A stretch of 64,000 nt of DNA. Origin: Vermamoeba vermiformis (taxonomy: Eukaryota). The stretch is taken from positions 186,001 through 250,000 of the forward strand of contig JBEWZL010000200.1 of NCBI GenBank assembly GCA_045837725.1. Direction: 5' to 3'. The translations under genes were made by a program, and so were the position numbers. The notes under the pieces were generated by a model, which made no database searches, was not told the origin of the DNA, and saw only the letters and a program-made list of their open reading frames with translations. Shown here piece by piece: positions 25,494-37,600 of the stretch (position 1 is the first letter of the stretch; each line of letters opens with the position of its first letter).

Positions 25494-27505
25494 TTACGAA
25501 TCATCCGAATCATCCGAATCATTATCAGAGGAAGAGATCTCCGACACATCAGATCCTGATTCACTCACGCTGCTGGCACTCTCCGACTTTTGAACAGCAG
25601 GCTGCTCAACCTTCTTTTCGGACTCGTGGTCAGAAGACTCGCTCTTTTCAATTTCACTGCGAGCAGTCTGCGCTGGTGTCATTTGTGTCACTACTTGCGG
25701 AGCTACTTCCGCGCCTTTGGCCTCATTTTCGCTATCATCCGTGGAGCTCTTTTTGTTCGAGCTGACATCCTTCTCTGCTTTGCTGCTGACTATAATAAGG
25801 CAAGTCCGTTAAATAAGTATAATTTCTGAAATAGTCTAAAAATAGCAACTTACGTTTTTTATCGGAGGTCGTAGTTTGGGACATGCTTCCAGAATTAGTC
25901 GAGGCAGTATTTCCGTCGCGGCCTACAATAGGTAATAATAAGGATTAAATTCTATTATATGCGGCATATATAATAATTTTGGTAACGTACTGTTTTTCTT
26001 TCGGTAGCCGGTAATAATCTTTCTTTGGTAATACACCAAAATCAATCCAGCCGCTGTTATTCCGCAGTGGAACACAATTTCGATTACCAAAAGACCCTAT
26101 TTTGGGCATATTATTAGTTTTAAGACCAAAATTAAATTTGAAGATCTCGCGATCGGATTCAGTACGTACCCACCAATCGCCTGGCAACACATAGAAATGA
26201 GACTTGCCATGGAACCAATCTGATAAGAAGATATATGCAATAGCCACATATGAAGCCCAAGCTAAAAGTTTGTATTAGTATTTCCTTATTAGGAGAAACT
26301 GCCGATATTCGCCGACTTCTAATCTCATACCTGGTCGTTGATGCTGCGGCGAGACTTTACGAGCAATAGCAATTGCTGCGAGTATAGCCCACGAGCAACC
26401 TACTCCGAAGAATAGAGCTGAAATGACATCGATTACAATGAATAATGCGATGTACGCATCCGGTAACGGAGCTCCACTTGATCCACGGTCAAAAGCCTTG
26501 CTGACGCCAAAATACATTATAGCAGCTGCAACGATTGTTATGATAGCTACGTGGACTTTGATATTGCGCCAGAATCGTTGGCAACAGTTGCGCTGAGCTC
26601 GTTTTTCGGCTTTTTCTTCGTCGCGCGTTTTTTCACCGCGCTCTAATCTCGCTAAGTTCTCTTTAGTCTTATGGAGGCTAAATAAGTTCAAATGAGTATA
26701 ATTGTTACTTGTACATGACAACAAATCCACTTACGCGATGCACATCAGAATAATTTGGAACTGATAAACAGCGAGAATAGCAAGGGCTGCATCGTTAACC
26801 CAATGGAAAGACATCTCCAAGCCAAGAATAGCAGTGATATCGAACCCAAAGTACTTGTCTAAATTTGTACATTTAGAAAATCCATTCGGATCTGGATTTA
26901 AAAACCATCGAACTTACGCAATTGAGCGTGCGGCCACCATTGTACGAGTAACCATGAAATGGTAATATAAGTCAGCAAAATTTTGGTTTTGAGCTTCTTT
27001 GGCGCCTTTTTAACACTACTCGCGTATGTAATTATAAAGGCGAAGCCGGCGCCGAGCACAGCGCTTTCGACGAATAATACTATGTTGGCCACGACGATAT
27101 AGGCTACAAAGAAATTGATTAATTTGTGCTGTACATCCGGAGTTTAGGAATACGTAACGGTTCGTTTTCAAAGTTTCGAAACGCGAGAATTCATCGCTCT
27201 AATGACATAATATATCATATTCTACGAAGTTTTGAATTGTTTTGATGTGGCAAAGTTAAAATATTAAAGGTTTAAATTAAGTATTTAAAAAAAGCGGATG
27301 GATCTACCGTCTTACCAGTTGGAGGAGGCGCGGTGCCTGGTGGGTTCTCAGCTGCAGGGATAAAGAAGCCTCCCACGAATCCAGCGCACGCAAAGAAGAC
27401 GATAAACACCACTCGGATGGTGTTCTTTTTGCCCAAGGGACGACAGCCTGTCTTCTTTTTGGGATCATCTTTGGCATTAACACTCGATGACCGAGAGGTC
27501 TGCAT
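25494..27505 (-). CDS. Multi-pass membrane protein with two His-containing TM modules and Ser/Asp-rich tail
   Basis: Hydrophobic exons; ISWLLVQWWPHAQL..., LEMSFHW; second module FLSDWFHGKSH; terminal SDNDSDDSDDS*. Confidence 0.65.
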
Positions 27506-27937
27506 TGTGGTGTTCAATAATGACAATAAATTATAAACTGACGCCAACACTTTTTTTTTTGATTTAAGTTCACCGCCAGAAATTCCCAACTAATTCAAGG
27601 AATACTAAAATTTTAACAAGTCTAAAGTTTATTGTGCACCATCGTGTCACCTGGGTGTCATTTCTATCGAGGTGTAAGCGCATAAGTATAATGTTAGTTT
27701 TCCTTGAGGATGCAGCAAAGGCTTGCTGACTGGTATTAGACAGAGTCAAACTTGAATAGATTTTTCCTATACTTTCCTTTAATTGCATTAAGTACTCCGC
27801 AGACTTAGTCCGTATAACTTTGTTTTGATTTCAGCGGATTAGTAAATTTCGTTCACTTGAATCGACAACAGAACCAATCCAGTTTACATATGTAAACGAG
27901 TATATTTTTAGAATTTACGACGTTGTTTTGTCTGTTA

Positions 27938-30900
27938 ATGGAGAGACCTGTCGGCCAGACAAGGAAAGATCTCACGGTGCGTACGCATCTCCTTTACTCT
28001 ACAGCGCAATAATTTAATTCTAATTATTTAAAATAATAATTTGCATATGGCGCTTGAGCGATGTTAAATCGGCCTTGTAGATATTTTTTTATTGTTTCTT
28101 TTATCGAGAACAGATTTGGCCTGTCATCGGGGACAAGTGCCACCGAACCACTTTAATAATATAATAATATCCTTTATATTTTTGGATTTATTCTAATTTT
28201 TGATAATTTTATTGATCCAGACAGACCAGCACATTTATTATCAAATCACCGATACTCAAATCATTCTCCGCGGCAAATACTGCTATTATATCAAAACAAA
28301 ATTAAAAGAAAAGAATTTTGCATGGAATGGCATTGAGCGTTATTGGGCTGTGCCTCGCGGTAAGCGACATCCGGATGCCACCTCTAAGTCCACAAACTAA
28401 CTTAAACTTGCTTAGGCACGCCTGAACATTGTAAAACAATAGAGCAATGGCTCATATCGGATGAGATTAAGGCTCTAAGTGACCCGCCAAGCAATGCTCC
28501 GTCACCTAACGGATCCAGCGTCGAGCTTGACTTTTCTGCATCCGCTCCACAACTAGGCGCTTTTAAAAATAATAACTTCGATCTTCCTTTGAAAATCGAT
28601 GAATATGTAGAGCCGAAGCGCCGTCAAATAACAGCCACCTTAATTCAACGTAAGTAGAAAAGTATTGCATCTACCTGCGTGTTTTAGTACTAACCAAATT
28701 AATATTATAGACGAGTACCTTAATAACGCCAAAGTCGCTGATGATAAGGCAGTAATATGGGTAGTAAGTATTTGTTTTGAGGACGTACAGATCCACATCT
28801 ATTTTTAGTCGCAAGAAAGAATATTATTCTGACGAGTCTTATTATATTATTATAGCTTAAATTGAACAAAGATACCAACGAGTACTTGCTCAAACTTGAG
28901 CGCGGCAATTTTACATTGAGAAAATACAAAGAGCACGTCAATCGGTTCTTAAAAGTGGAGTTTGGCAAAAAATTTGAGTAAGTGATTGGTAAATATGCGT
29001 ATTAGTATTAAGTAATATTATTAGCAACAAGTCTATTGAAGATGTAATTACGAATGGATTTATTTTGAATGGCCAGGACGAATATGAATTTTTAGCTTAT
29101 TCAAACAGCGGCCTGGTAAGCTTACTTTATTGCATCTTTACCGCAAATATTAATATATGTTATATAGAGGGAGAGTAAATGTTGGTTTTGGAAGGTAGAT
29201 CATCAAGCTGAAAGACTTTGTACTGCGATGGATCTGATCTCCGAACTTGGTTCTTTCGGCGATATTGCTGATATCGGAAAGTGTGGTGCGAGATTAGGAC
29301 AATGCTTTTCATCAACATTACCGACAATTTCAGTAGCGAGAAACGAGATTGAGGTGCGTGTAACGGATCTGATGCTCCGGTAGCAGATCTTGACTTTTTT
29401 TATTCATAGGTCATTCCTGATTATACAAATGATCAGTACTGTTTCTCGGATGGATGTGGTAGAATATCAGTATGTTACAGTAATCTAATTAAACCTCACT
29501 AATGACTTTTTTCTCAAGGCTGAAATGGCCACGCGTATTGCGAAGAGTTTGAATCTGGTCGACGATGCGCAAATCAACGAGGCAAGGAGTTGTATATCAC
29601 TAGTAGAGGCATGTATAGTACCTTCAGCGTTTCAAGTGCGCCTTGGCGGTGTTAAAGGTGTTTTGGTGGTACATCCGGCGTTACCTCAATTTAGAAACAA
29701 ACGAGTAGTACATATAGAAGGTAATTAGCAGTCATATATCAAATATGCACTAACATATGGTAGTACGGCCGAGCATGGTTAAATTTCAAACGAGTCCTAC
29801 AGGAAATTTAACGTTGGATGTGGTGACTTGGCCAGCAGCCAAATCAGGACGATTAAATCGTCAATTTATTCCGCTCTTATCGGACTTAGGCATTGATAAG
29901 AGCGTATTCACAACTCTAATGAATGAGAATTTGCAGGATATCAAGGAAATTTTAACAGATCGAGCGTAAGTTACTCTTATTGATTAAGAATTCTTTATTT
30001 TATAAATATCCTATTATAGGTCTGCCATCAGAAAATTGGCAAAACGTGCAACGACAGATCCGTTCTTGTTAGAATGTTTAATTGCGGGTCACGATATTCG
30101 AGATCCGCATATTTTTAAATCTCTCAATGATGTACGGTTATTCAAAGCCAAATCATTGCGAGATAAAACCAGTATACACGTGAGTTCTTTTATATTCATA
30201 ATATATTATCTGTTGTCCACTAATAGATTTTTTTCTTTGGCAGATCCGAGATTCGTGTAACGTGCTTGGAGTGGTCGATGAAACAGGGCTATTAGAGCCA
30301 GGCCAATGCTTCTTCCAACGCAAAAAGACATCAGATCCATCGCCACGAGTGCACACAGGCCCGTTACTAGTCGCGAAAAATCCTTCGTATTACAAGGGTG
30401 ACATGCGTGTTTTGAACGGCGTTGTCATACCACAGCTGAAGCACATCATCAATTGTATAGTATTCCCTAATCATGGGCCCCGACCTCACCCCGATGGTAT
30501 GTTATATATCCTATAATACTATCGTAGTGCTAATGAACAGCCTGCAGAGATTGCTGGTAGCGATTTAGACGGTGATCAGTACTTTGTTTGCTGGGACCCA
30601 CATTTGATACCCCACGCTACTGTTGGTATGTATTATAACTATAAGGCATACTATCTATATATCAATGCTTTGATCTAATATCTTGAGTACGCAGATCCGC
30701 TTATCTATTCAGTGAGTGCACCCAACAGCAACATTACAGACATTGTTAACGACAACCCCACTCAAATCACACTCGAGCAATATGAAGGCATCAAAAGACA
30801 CTTTCTGGCCAGTATTTCTGACTATGCTGTCGGAGATATTTCAAATTTTCATGCGAGTAAGTTTGACCTAGTTTTATATATCGCCTTTAATACCCTATGT

Positions 30901-32196
30901 CTAATATCTACTGTAGTTTGGACGGACTTGCATAGCAGTGATGATAAAAGGAGCATTGAGTTAGCGAAGATGTTTAGGTACGTGTGAAGTATGGCACGAA
31001 AGCTGGATCTGACAGATACTTAAATCCGAACAGCAAAGCAATTGACGCACCAAAGCACGGCATTGATTCGGATTTAAAGCGACAAATTAAGGCACTGAAG
31101 CCTGATTCAGCGCAAAAACCTGATTGGATGGGCGGCACTCGTATTTCAAACTCGGTATGTCATTCATTTTGTTGACACGTGTCAAACTCTTCGCTGATCC
31201 ACGGCAAGAGTGGATCTTGTTAGTTAGTGGCAAGTAGTGACCCGAACACGCAGTTGCTAAGCGTCTCGGGCACGACCACACTAACAAGAATGCACCGCTT
31301 CCCGTCCGATCAGCGAAGTTAAGCTTGTTCAGGCCTTCTTAGTACTGGGGTAGGAGACTACCTGGGAATCGGAGGTGTTGTGCTCTTATCTTTTTTACTT
31401 TTTGGGCCTAACTATTTTTTTTTTTTTGCTTTTGTGGCACGGGACTAGTTTTTACTTTTTTGCGTCCGGTCCCCTTTTTATTGAAATTTCTTACTAAGAC
31501 ATGCGTTGATAGGTCATTGGAGAGCTGTACCGTATCGCTAAGGCCGCGTGTGATGAGATGGAACAAGCTGTGCCGGATCCGACCTTCACTGATCCGGATC
31601 TGTTGCCTAAAAATCTACGCGCGACGCTTGCTTGGCGGGACCTCAAAAAGAACAATCCCGAGCAATGGGAGATGTTCACATATACTATTATAGAGAAAGA
31701 AGTCGTTGATTTTGTTAAAGCCATTGAATTTGCCGAGTCAGAATGCAAATCTTACGGCAAAAAAATGGCCAGCGTGCTGAGCATGGATCCAGCCACATCC
31801 AAAGCCAAAAAAGGTAATTTAGTCCGGAACTTACTTGTACCAATTATTAACGCATGTTATATAGGTCATTTATGGGATGCGGGTGAAAAAAGATTGATGG
31901 ATCCGCGCGATCGAATGGTGGCGAAAATCAAAGAAAAATTCTTGACGCAGTTTGAAGAGCACTTTAAAATTGAAGGCAATCCTACTCAAACACGCGATCT
32001 GAGACTACTAGCAGCCTCGGCATATTATTGTTACGTATATCTGATTCACCAGAAGACGTACACATTCGCTTGGATCCCGTTGAAATATTTGAACGAAGTG
32101 AAGAAAGCAGCAGCTGATATGCAAGAGAAGTACATTACTATTCCAAAGCATATATTGGAAGAGTTATTGGGTTGTAAACTGCAAACAAAAGATTGA
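27938..32196 (+). CDS. Eukaryotic cellular (RNAi-type) RNA-dependent RNA polymerase, many exons; start uncertain
   Basis: FLAYSNSGL, KCGARLGQCFS, FSDGCGRIS, PSAFQVRLGGVKG, RPSMVKF, LNRQFI, GVVDETG.L, KNPSYYKGD, GPRPHP, catalytic GSDLDGD (30562-30576), AIDAPKHG, S|VIGELYR. Confidence 0.96.
31189..31318. repeat. Imperfect inverted repeat: 31189-31245 is a degenerate reverse complement of the 5' half of the 5S gene (31266-31318)
   Basis: CTTCGCTGATCCACGGCAAGAGTGGATCTTGTTAGTTAGTGGCAAGTAGTGACCCGA versus rc(5S) CTTCGCTGATCGGACGGGAAGCGGTGCATTCTTGTTAGTGTGGTCGTGCCCGA. Confidence 0.9.
31268..31386 (+). rRNA. 5S rRNA: 5S rRNA gene located within RdRP intron 31155-31512
   Basis: 119-nt GGGCACGACCACAC...CCCGTCCGATCAGCGAAGTTAAGC...TTAGTACTGGGGTAGGAGACTACCTGGGAA...GTGTTGTGCTCT; helix I (GGGCACGAC/GTTGTGCTC), II (AACAAG/CTTGTT), IV (GGTAG/CTACC) and V pair; box A and box C present. 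Confidence 0.95.
31391..31403 (+). terminator. RNA polymerase III oligo-T terminator of the 5S gene
   Basis: TTTTTT 4 nt after the 5S end, followed by further T runs. Confidence 0.8.
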
Positions 32197-32250
32197 TTCC
32201 GGAACCAAAACCATCTGCTTTTCTTATTCAACTACAGAAGTGCTCGAATA

Positions 32251-33331
32251 CTAAGGGAAACAACAATTATTGTGCTTTTGTTTAACTCGCACAAAGTCCT
32301 TGACGCCGCGGTGTTCTTGGTACATTCTCAAGACGTACTGAAAGAGCGAATTAGTTTCGTTACAAATTGTTTTTTTGCTAGATCTACCTGACCAGCGAGA
32401 CTGCTTCTGCACTCTTTGGTGAGAGTATACAATTCGAGAGGCAATGCTTCGGCAGCGAATTCAAACGAGTATCTGATATGTTCCATCTCTGGCGGCAGAA
32501 CTAATCCGTAGGCAAGAGATGCAAAAGCGATGTCAGCGGCAGTGAATGTATTGTTCAGCAAGTACTGGCGTCCATCTGAAAGCATCGCGTTAGTGCGTTC
32601 CCAAACTGATTTGACTTTTTCTATTGATTTTTTGGCTTCCGCTTCGGTGAGATCCAATTTCTTTGTCATCAAGATGATTGTGTACGGCTGCAATAATTGC
32701 GACAGATTGTACTCGTATTTATACTCGTAGTGTCGTGCAAATAGTGACGGAAGCACCTTTTGTCCCTTGGCAGTATGAAACATGTAGTAATAAAAGACTT
32801 TTCGACTGTGCGGTCCCATCTCATCATCGTAGTATCGTTCTAATTCATATACCTCTTTGCTCGGATACAGCCATGCATTTTTAGGGTTTTGCGCGCTTAG
32901 GTATTGCAAGATGGCACTATTTTACTGGTAAGTACTTTTTTGGAATTTACAGTATATTCGAAAATGATATACCTCGAGTGTTGAATAGTTCTATCAGGCA
33001 AGCGCAATATTGGCGTAAATGTATCACCACCACAGGAATAAAATGAAGTGAATGGCAGGTAGAGTATAGGAGGATGGGCTGACATAAAATCAGCAATTTC
33101 AAATTACTTAATATATTATTAATATTACTTACTCTCTTCAGTATAATTATTCCCATCGCATAAATCCAAAGCCCATCTTGCCTTCTCGCAATAATGGCTG
33201 AGTGTTATGGTGACTAAAGTCGGTCTGCTAGGTCTTCTGCCAAACCTTCCGAACACCAGCCCAATAAGCTGACTAGCCTTGATGATAATGAATAAGACCA
33301 AAACAATCAAATACTTAAAAGGTCCTATCAT
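32251..33331 (-). CDS. Glutathione S-transferase family protein with N-terminal TM anchor
   Basis: LVTITLSHYCEKARWALD, FTPILRLP, LSDGRQYLLNNTFTAADIAFASL. Confidence 0.88.
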
Positions 33332-33634
33332 CGTCGCCAATTTCAGAGTAAAAAAAAATTGAAAAAAATTGACACCTGCCATTGCCGAAGAAAACGTGAC
33401 GCCCGGTTTGGGAGTATAACTTCGTGCACCAAGATATAATAATAAACGACCACGAGCGAGTTGGACATTCTTCCCGAGGCCGTGACTCGTCAGACATTGG
33501 TTCGAAGTTATCAGTGAATTTCTTCAATTCTTGGACTGCAGAGGAAAACTGATCTCCGCATTAAGGATTAATGAACTCTATTATTACTGTTAGGTAGTTA
33601 TACAATATAATATCCAGGGATATACATTCACAAG

Positions 33635-34290
33635 TTATTTTCGCAACCAACGGTTCTTGGGCGCATTCGGACCAGCAGGAGGAGCAGTGCGGAGCTGATT
33701 GACTTTGATTTCAATCGCCACATTGTAATCCACTTTGACTTCATCGCCAAAGCCCGGAATAGGGATCTTGCTCTTAGCTTTTGTGTCTTTCTTCAATTCG
33801 TTCACGGTCACCCACACATATTCATCGTCGACTTTCCAGGTACCTTCTCCGCTGCGAGTGAAAGATTCGGTTCTAGTCTCTGAATACTCGTGGTAGCTCG
33901 CTGTGCCATTGGCTCGCAACGAGACATCTTGCGTGTATTTCTCTGAAGAGCCTCCCTTGATGTACGTGTAGTCGCCAATAAATTCAGTTTTGCTGGGGGC
34001 AACTGCTGAAGTCGCTACTGGCTTCTAAATGAGACATATTTGAGATTTCGGTAAACGTAAAGTCGAATAAATAATTAAAAAAAAATCAATTTAGATTTAT
34101 GACATTAAGGCATTAAAATCGAATGCCTACAAGACGTCAAAATTACAATTAAATTAATTTGTGATTTGAAAATCTTTATATTCAGCATCAAAATCAAAAT
34201 TATTACTTTGGGTGCTTCAGTAACAACGGTCGTTGTGGTAGTAGTGGGAGTTTGAACTCTTAAAAGGTGATCCTTAGAATAATCTTGCAT
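33635..34290 (-). CDS. Small hypothetical beta-rich protein (lipocalin/NlpE-like pattern), 2 coding exons
   Basis: FIGDYTY...SLRANGTASY...GEGTWKV; Thr-rich N-terminus. Confidence 0.55.
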
Positions 34291-34684
34291 TTCGGTTGGA
34301 GAAAATGACGGGAGATCTGCTTTATTCACTAGTAGAAAGATTAATAACCAAAAAAAATATAAGGATACATGATCGACGTCAAAATCTTGCAGGTCGATTA
34401 ACAAACAACAAAAAGAAACATGATCCCGATAAAAAATCAGTAATCACTCACCGGTTGGAAAGCTTGCTTCGCAAAATGAAAATTGTTAGTTGTGGCTACT
34501 GGCTCACGCAAGAAATAATTTATGGTTGTATTGGCACGAGAGATTTTTTCCACCTGAAATTTCCTTGCCGAAACCTGCAATAATAATCTAACAAAACTTT
34601 TGTAACGCACAATAATCGCGGATAGCTAGTCTTACAATAAATACGACGTGTCTAAAGCAAAAAACAGATCGATTTTATGACCTC

Positions 34685-37600
34685 TTAAGAGATGCCGACA
34701 GGTTTCAGCAAGTACAAGCCACCACTGCCGTCACCAATGGCCACTGTTTTGTTGTCAGCACATGCAGACACACAGCACAATCGCGCCATGCCCGCAAACA
34801 TGCAAACAATCTTCTTTGTCTTCGCGTCCCACAAGATGAAGGACGAGTCAGTCGAAACTGACATTAAGTATCGTCCATCGGGTGTGAAGTCAATGTCGGT
34901 CACTTCTTCGTTGTGCTTGACCATCGTTGCCAATTGCTTGGCGTTGCTCGTGTCCCATTCGATTAAAAGTCTGTCTTCACCACCCGAGACCAAGGTCTTG
35001 TCATCAGGGCTGAACACGAGCTTGTTGATGGTGCGCTTGTGACCGCAGAATGTAGCCACCTTGAAGAAGGGTTGGCCGTAGTTCTGTTTGCCGAGTCGCG
35101 TGTCCCACAGCTTAACTGTTTTGTCCAATCCGCAACTCGCCGCTCTCGTGCCACGGTGATTGAACGTGCAAGATGTAATGGGTGCACGGTGTCCGTAAAG
35201 GATACCCACGCACTGGAAGTCCTTGGTCGAGTCCCAGAGACGCAGTGTCTTGTCATCGGAGCAGCTCAGAATGAATCTGCCGTCCGGTGACCAATCGCAC
35301 CCATTGACATTGCCCGTGTGGCCTTCCAACACCTTGAAGCACGTGACTTGTCCGCTGTTGAAACCGGTCCAGACACGTAACGTGTGATCACGTGATGCTG
35401 AACACAAGAAGTTTCCATCGGGCGACCAGCGGACGCAGAAAATGTTGGACTGATGGCCGTCCAACTGCGTCAACTCTTTGCAAGTCGCAGTGTCCCAAAT
35501 CTTAATTGATTTGTCACGCGAGCCTGTCGCCACGAACTTGCCGTCCTTTCTGAAGTGGACAGCCAACAATCGAGCCTCATGACCAACAATCTCGACGTAG
35601 TCGCTGCTGGTCCAGACCTTGACTGAACGGTCGTATGAGCAAGAGGTGATTGTCTTGCCAGTATCATCGAACAGAGACTTGTAGACCGTGCCTGTGTGAC
35701 CAATGAAGACCGACAGAAGTTTGGCAGTCTTCGTGTCCCACAAAATGATGGTGTTGTCGTTGGAGCTGGACACCAATCTGCTGCCGTCAGGACTGAAGCC
35801 GACACTGCACGCGCAGTCCTTGTGTGCAGCCAAGGTCGCAATTTCTGTGTCAGTAGTCAAGTCCCACAACTTGACCAGTCTGTCACCACTGCCTGACGCC
35901 ATCATCGTGCCAGCATTGTTGAATGCCAAGCTGAATACAGGCTTTTGGTGACCTTCGAACGTTTTGATCACTGAACCCGAGCTGTGCGACCAAATAGTGA
36001 TGAAGAGATCCTCACCAAAGGTAGCCAATTGGTCGCTGTCAGTGGGCAAGAAGAGCACGCCCTTGATCGTCTTCTGATGTCTGCCCTGCAGTGTCGCCAC
36101 CAGTGAAGGGAAGGCAGGGTTTGAGACCTCATAGACACGCGTGATCTTGTCTTGGCCTGTGCCAGCAATGAATCTGCCGTCACGTGACCAATCGACGCCA
36201 AGCACCCAGGCCTTAGCGCCCTTGATGATTGCGACTTCTTTGCCGCTGTCAGTCTCCCAGATTCTCATGGTTCTGTCCAAGGAGCCGGACAGAATGTAGT
36301 TGCCATCAGGAGAGAACCTCACACCGGTGATGTCGTTCTTGTGGCCCTTGAGTGTTCTCAACTCTTCACCGGTGACAGCGTCGAATGTCTTCAACATTGA
36401 ATCCTCAGCGCCACTCACAATAATGGGCTTGCGTCCATTTGTTGCGGGTGTTCTGTCACATGAAGTTACGACTTTTTCGGAGGCCGTGATAGTCATAACA
36501 CATGGATTGGGTGTCTGAGGCTTGTTGATCCATTTGAACCATGGTCTGGTCTCCAATAGAGACTCGTATCTGTAAGCAGCTTGTTTGCACGGAGCAGAGT
36601 TGTTAGGCATTGATGCAGCCAATGAGTAAGTCAAGTCTGCGTATCTGCTCAACACGTGTGTTCGCTGCTGCACGAAAGCACGCCATTCTTCGATCTCGTT
36701 GAAGATCTTCTCGGGCATGGTGTCTTTCTTGGAGATTGCAAAGAAATAATCGGCCACCAGATCATAAGTCATTGCCATCTCACACTTGGACTCGATGAAG
36801 GCCAAGTTGCACAGTGTGTCGCGCAGTTTGGACCACACTTCAGCGACCGTCAAATGGTAAGGCAAAAAGCTCAAACCACGACGGTGACCAGCAGAGAACG
36901 AGTTGTCATCTTCCGGATCAGCTTTCATCTTGAAGTAGATGGCCAATCTCTCGTGAATCTTCTGCGTGAATGCAGTGCCGTCATTGGCGAAATATCTTCT
37001 CTTCACGGCTTTAGGCAGCTGCTGATGGAAGAAGTCGAGCACACCTTCTCCACTCTCGCCTGGCGGTCTGAGGTAAGACTGCAACGAGCGATTGAGCTTC
37101 GACCACGTAGTTTGTGGCAATGGTGTGCGCGGGTCCTCTCCCAACAAAGCAAGCATTTCGTTCTCCAACAGACCTCCACGTGACGCGGCCAAGAATGCCA
37201 TAGTTCTTTTGACCAAATCTTGACCGTGATCAGTCTCGAGTCGTTGCAACACTTCGTCAAACAGTGTGGGGACTGTTTGTGCCATGCCAGTGATGCGCTC
37301 TTTCAGCTTCTCGAACACACCAAAGACTCGCAACTCCTCGCAAGCCACAATCAAGTAGAGTGGCTTGTACGCGTCCTTCTTTTGGAGCAGGAGGCTCATT
37401 TGCTCCGGTGAAAGCTTCTTGCGATACTCCCACAAAGTGGTGCGCACGATCTCTTCTTGCTCGGCCTTGGTCAGTTCACCAACAAGAAGCTCTTGTCTTT
37501 CTCTGCGTGAGATGTTGTCGTACACGTCTCCTTTTAAAGTTGACACGACGACATGAACTCGTGAAGGGAAGAACTCGGGCAACCACTCCAATGTGTGCGC

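Noticed and set aside
28167-28175. ATATCCTTT, a possible second U12 donor in the RdRP 5' region
   Set aside because: No TCCTTRAC branch site downstream and no convincing in-frame splice; AT-rich context
27938-32196. RdRP as an endogenous viral element
   Set aside because: It has the cellular DLDGD double-psi-barrel motifs and many spliceosomal introns, not a viral GDD palm polymerase
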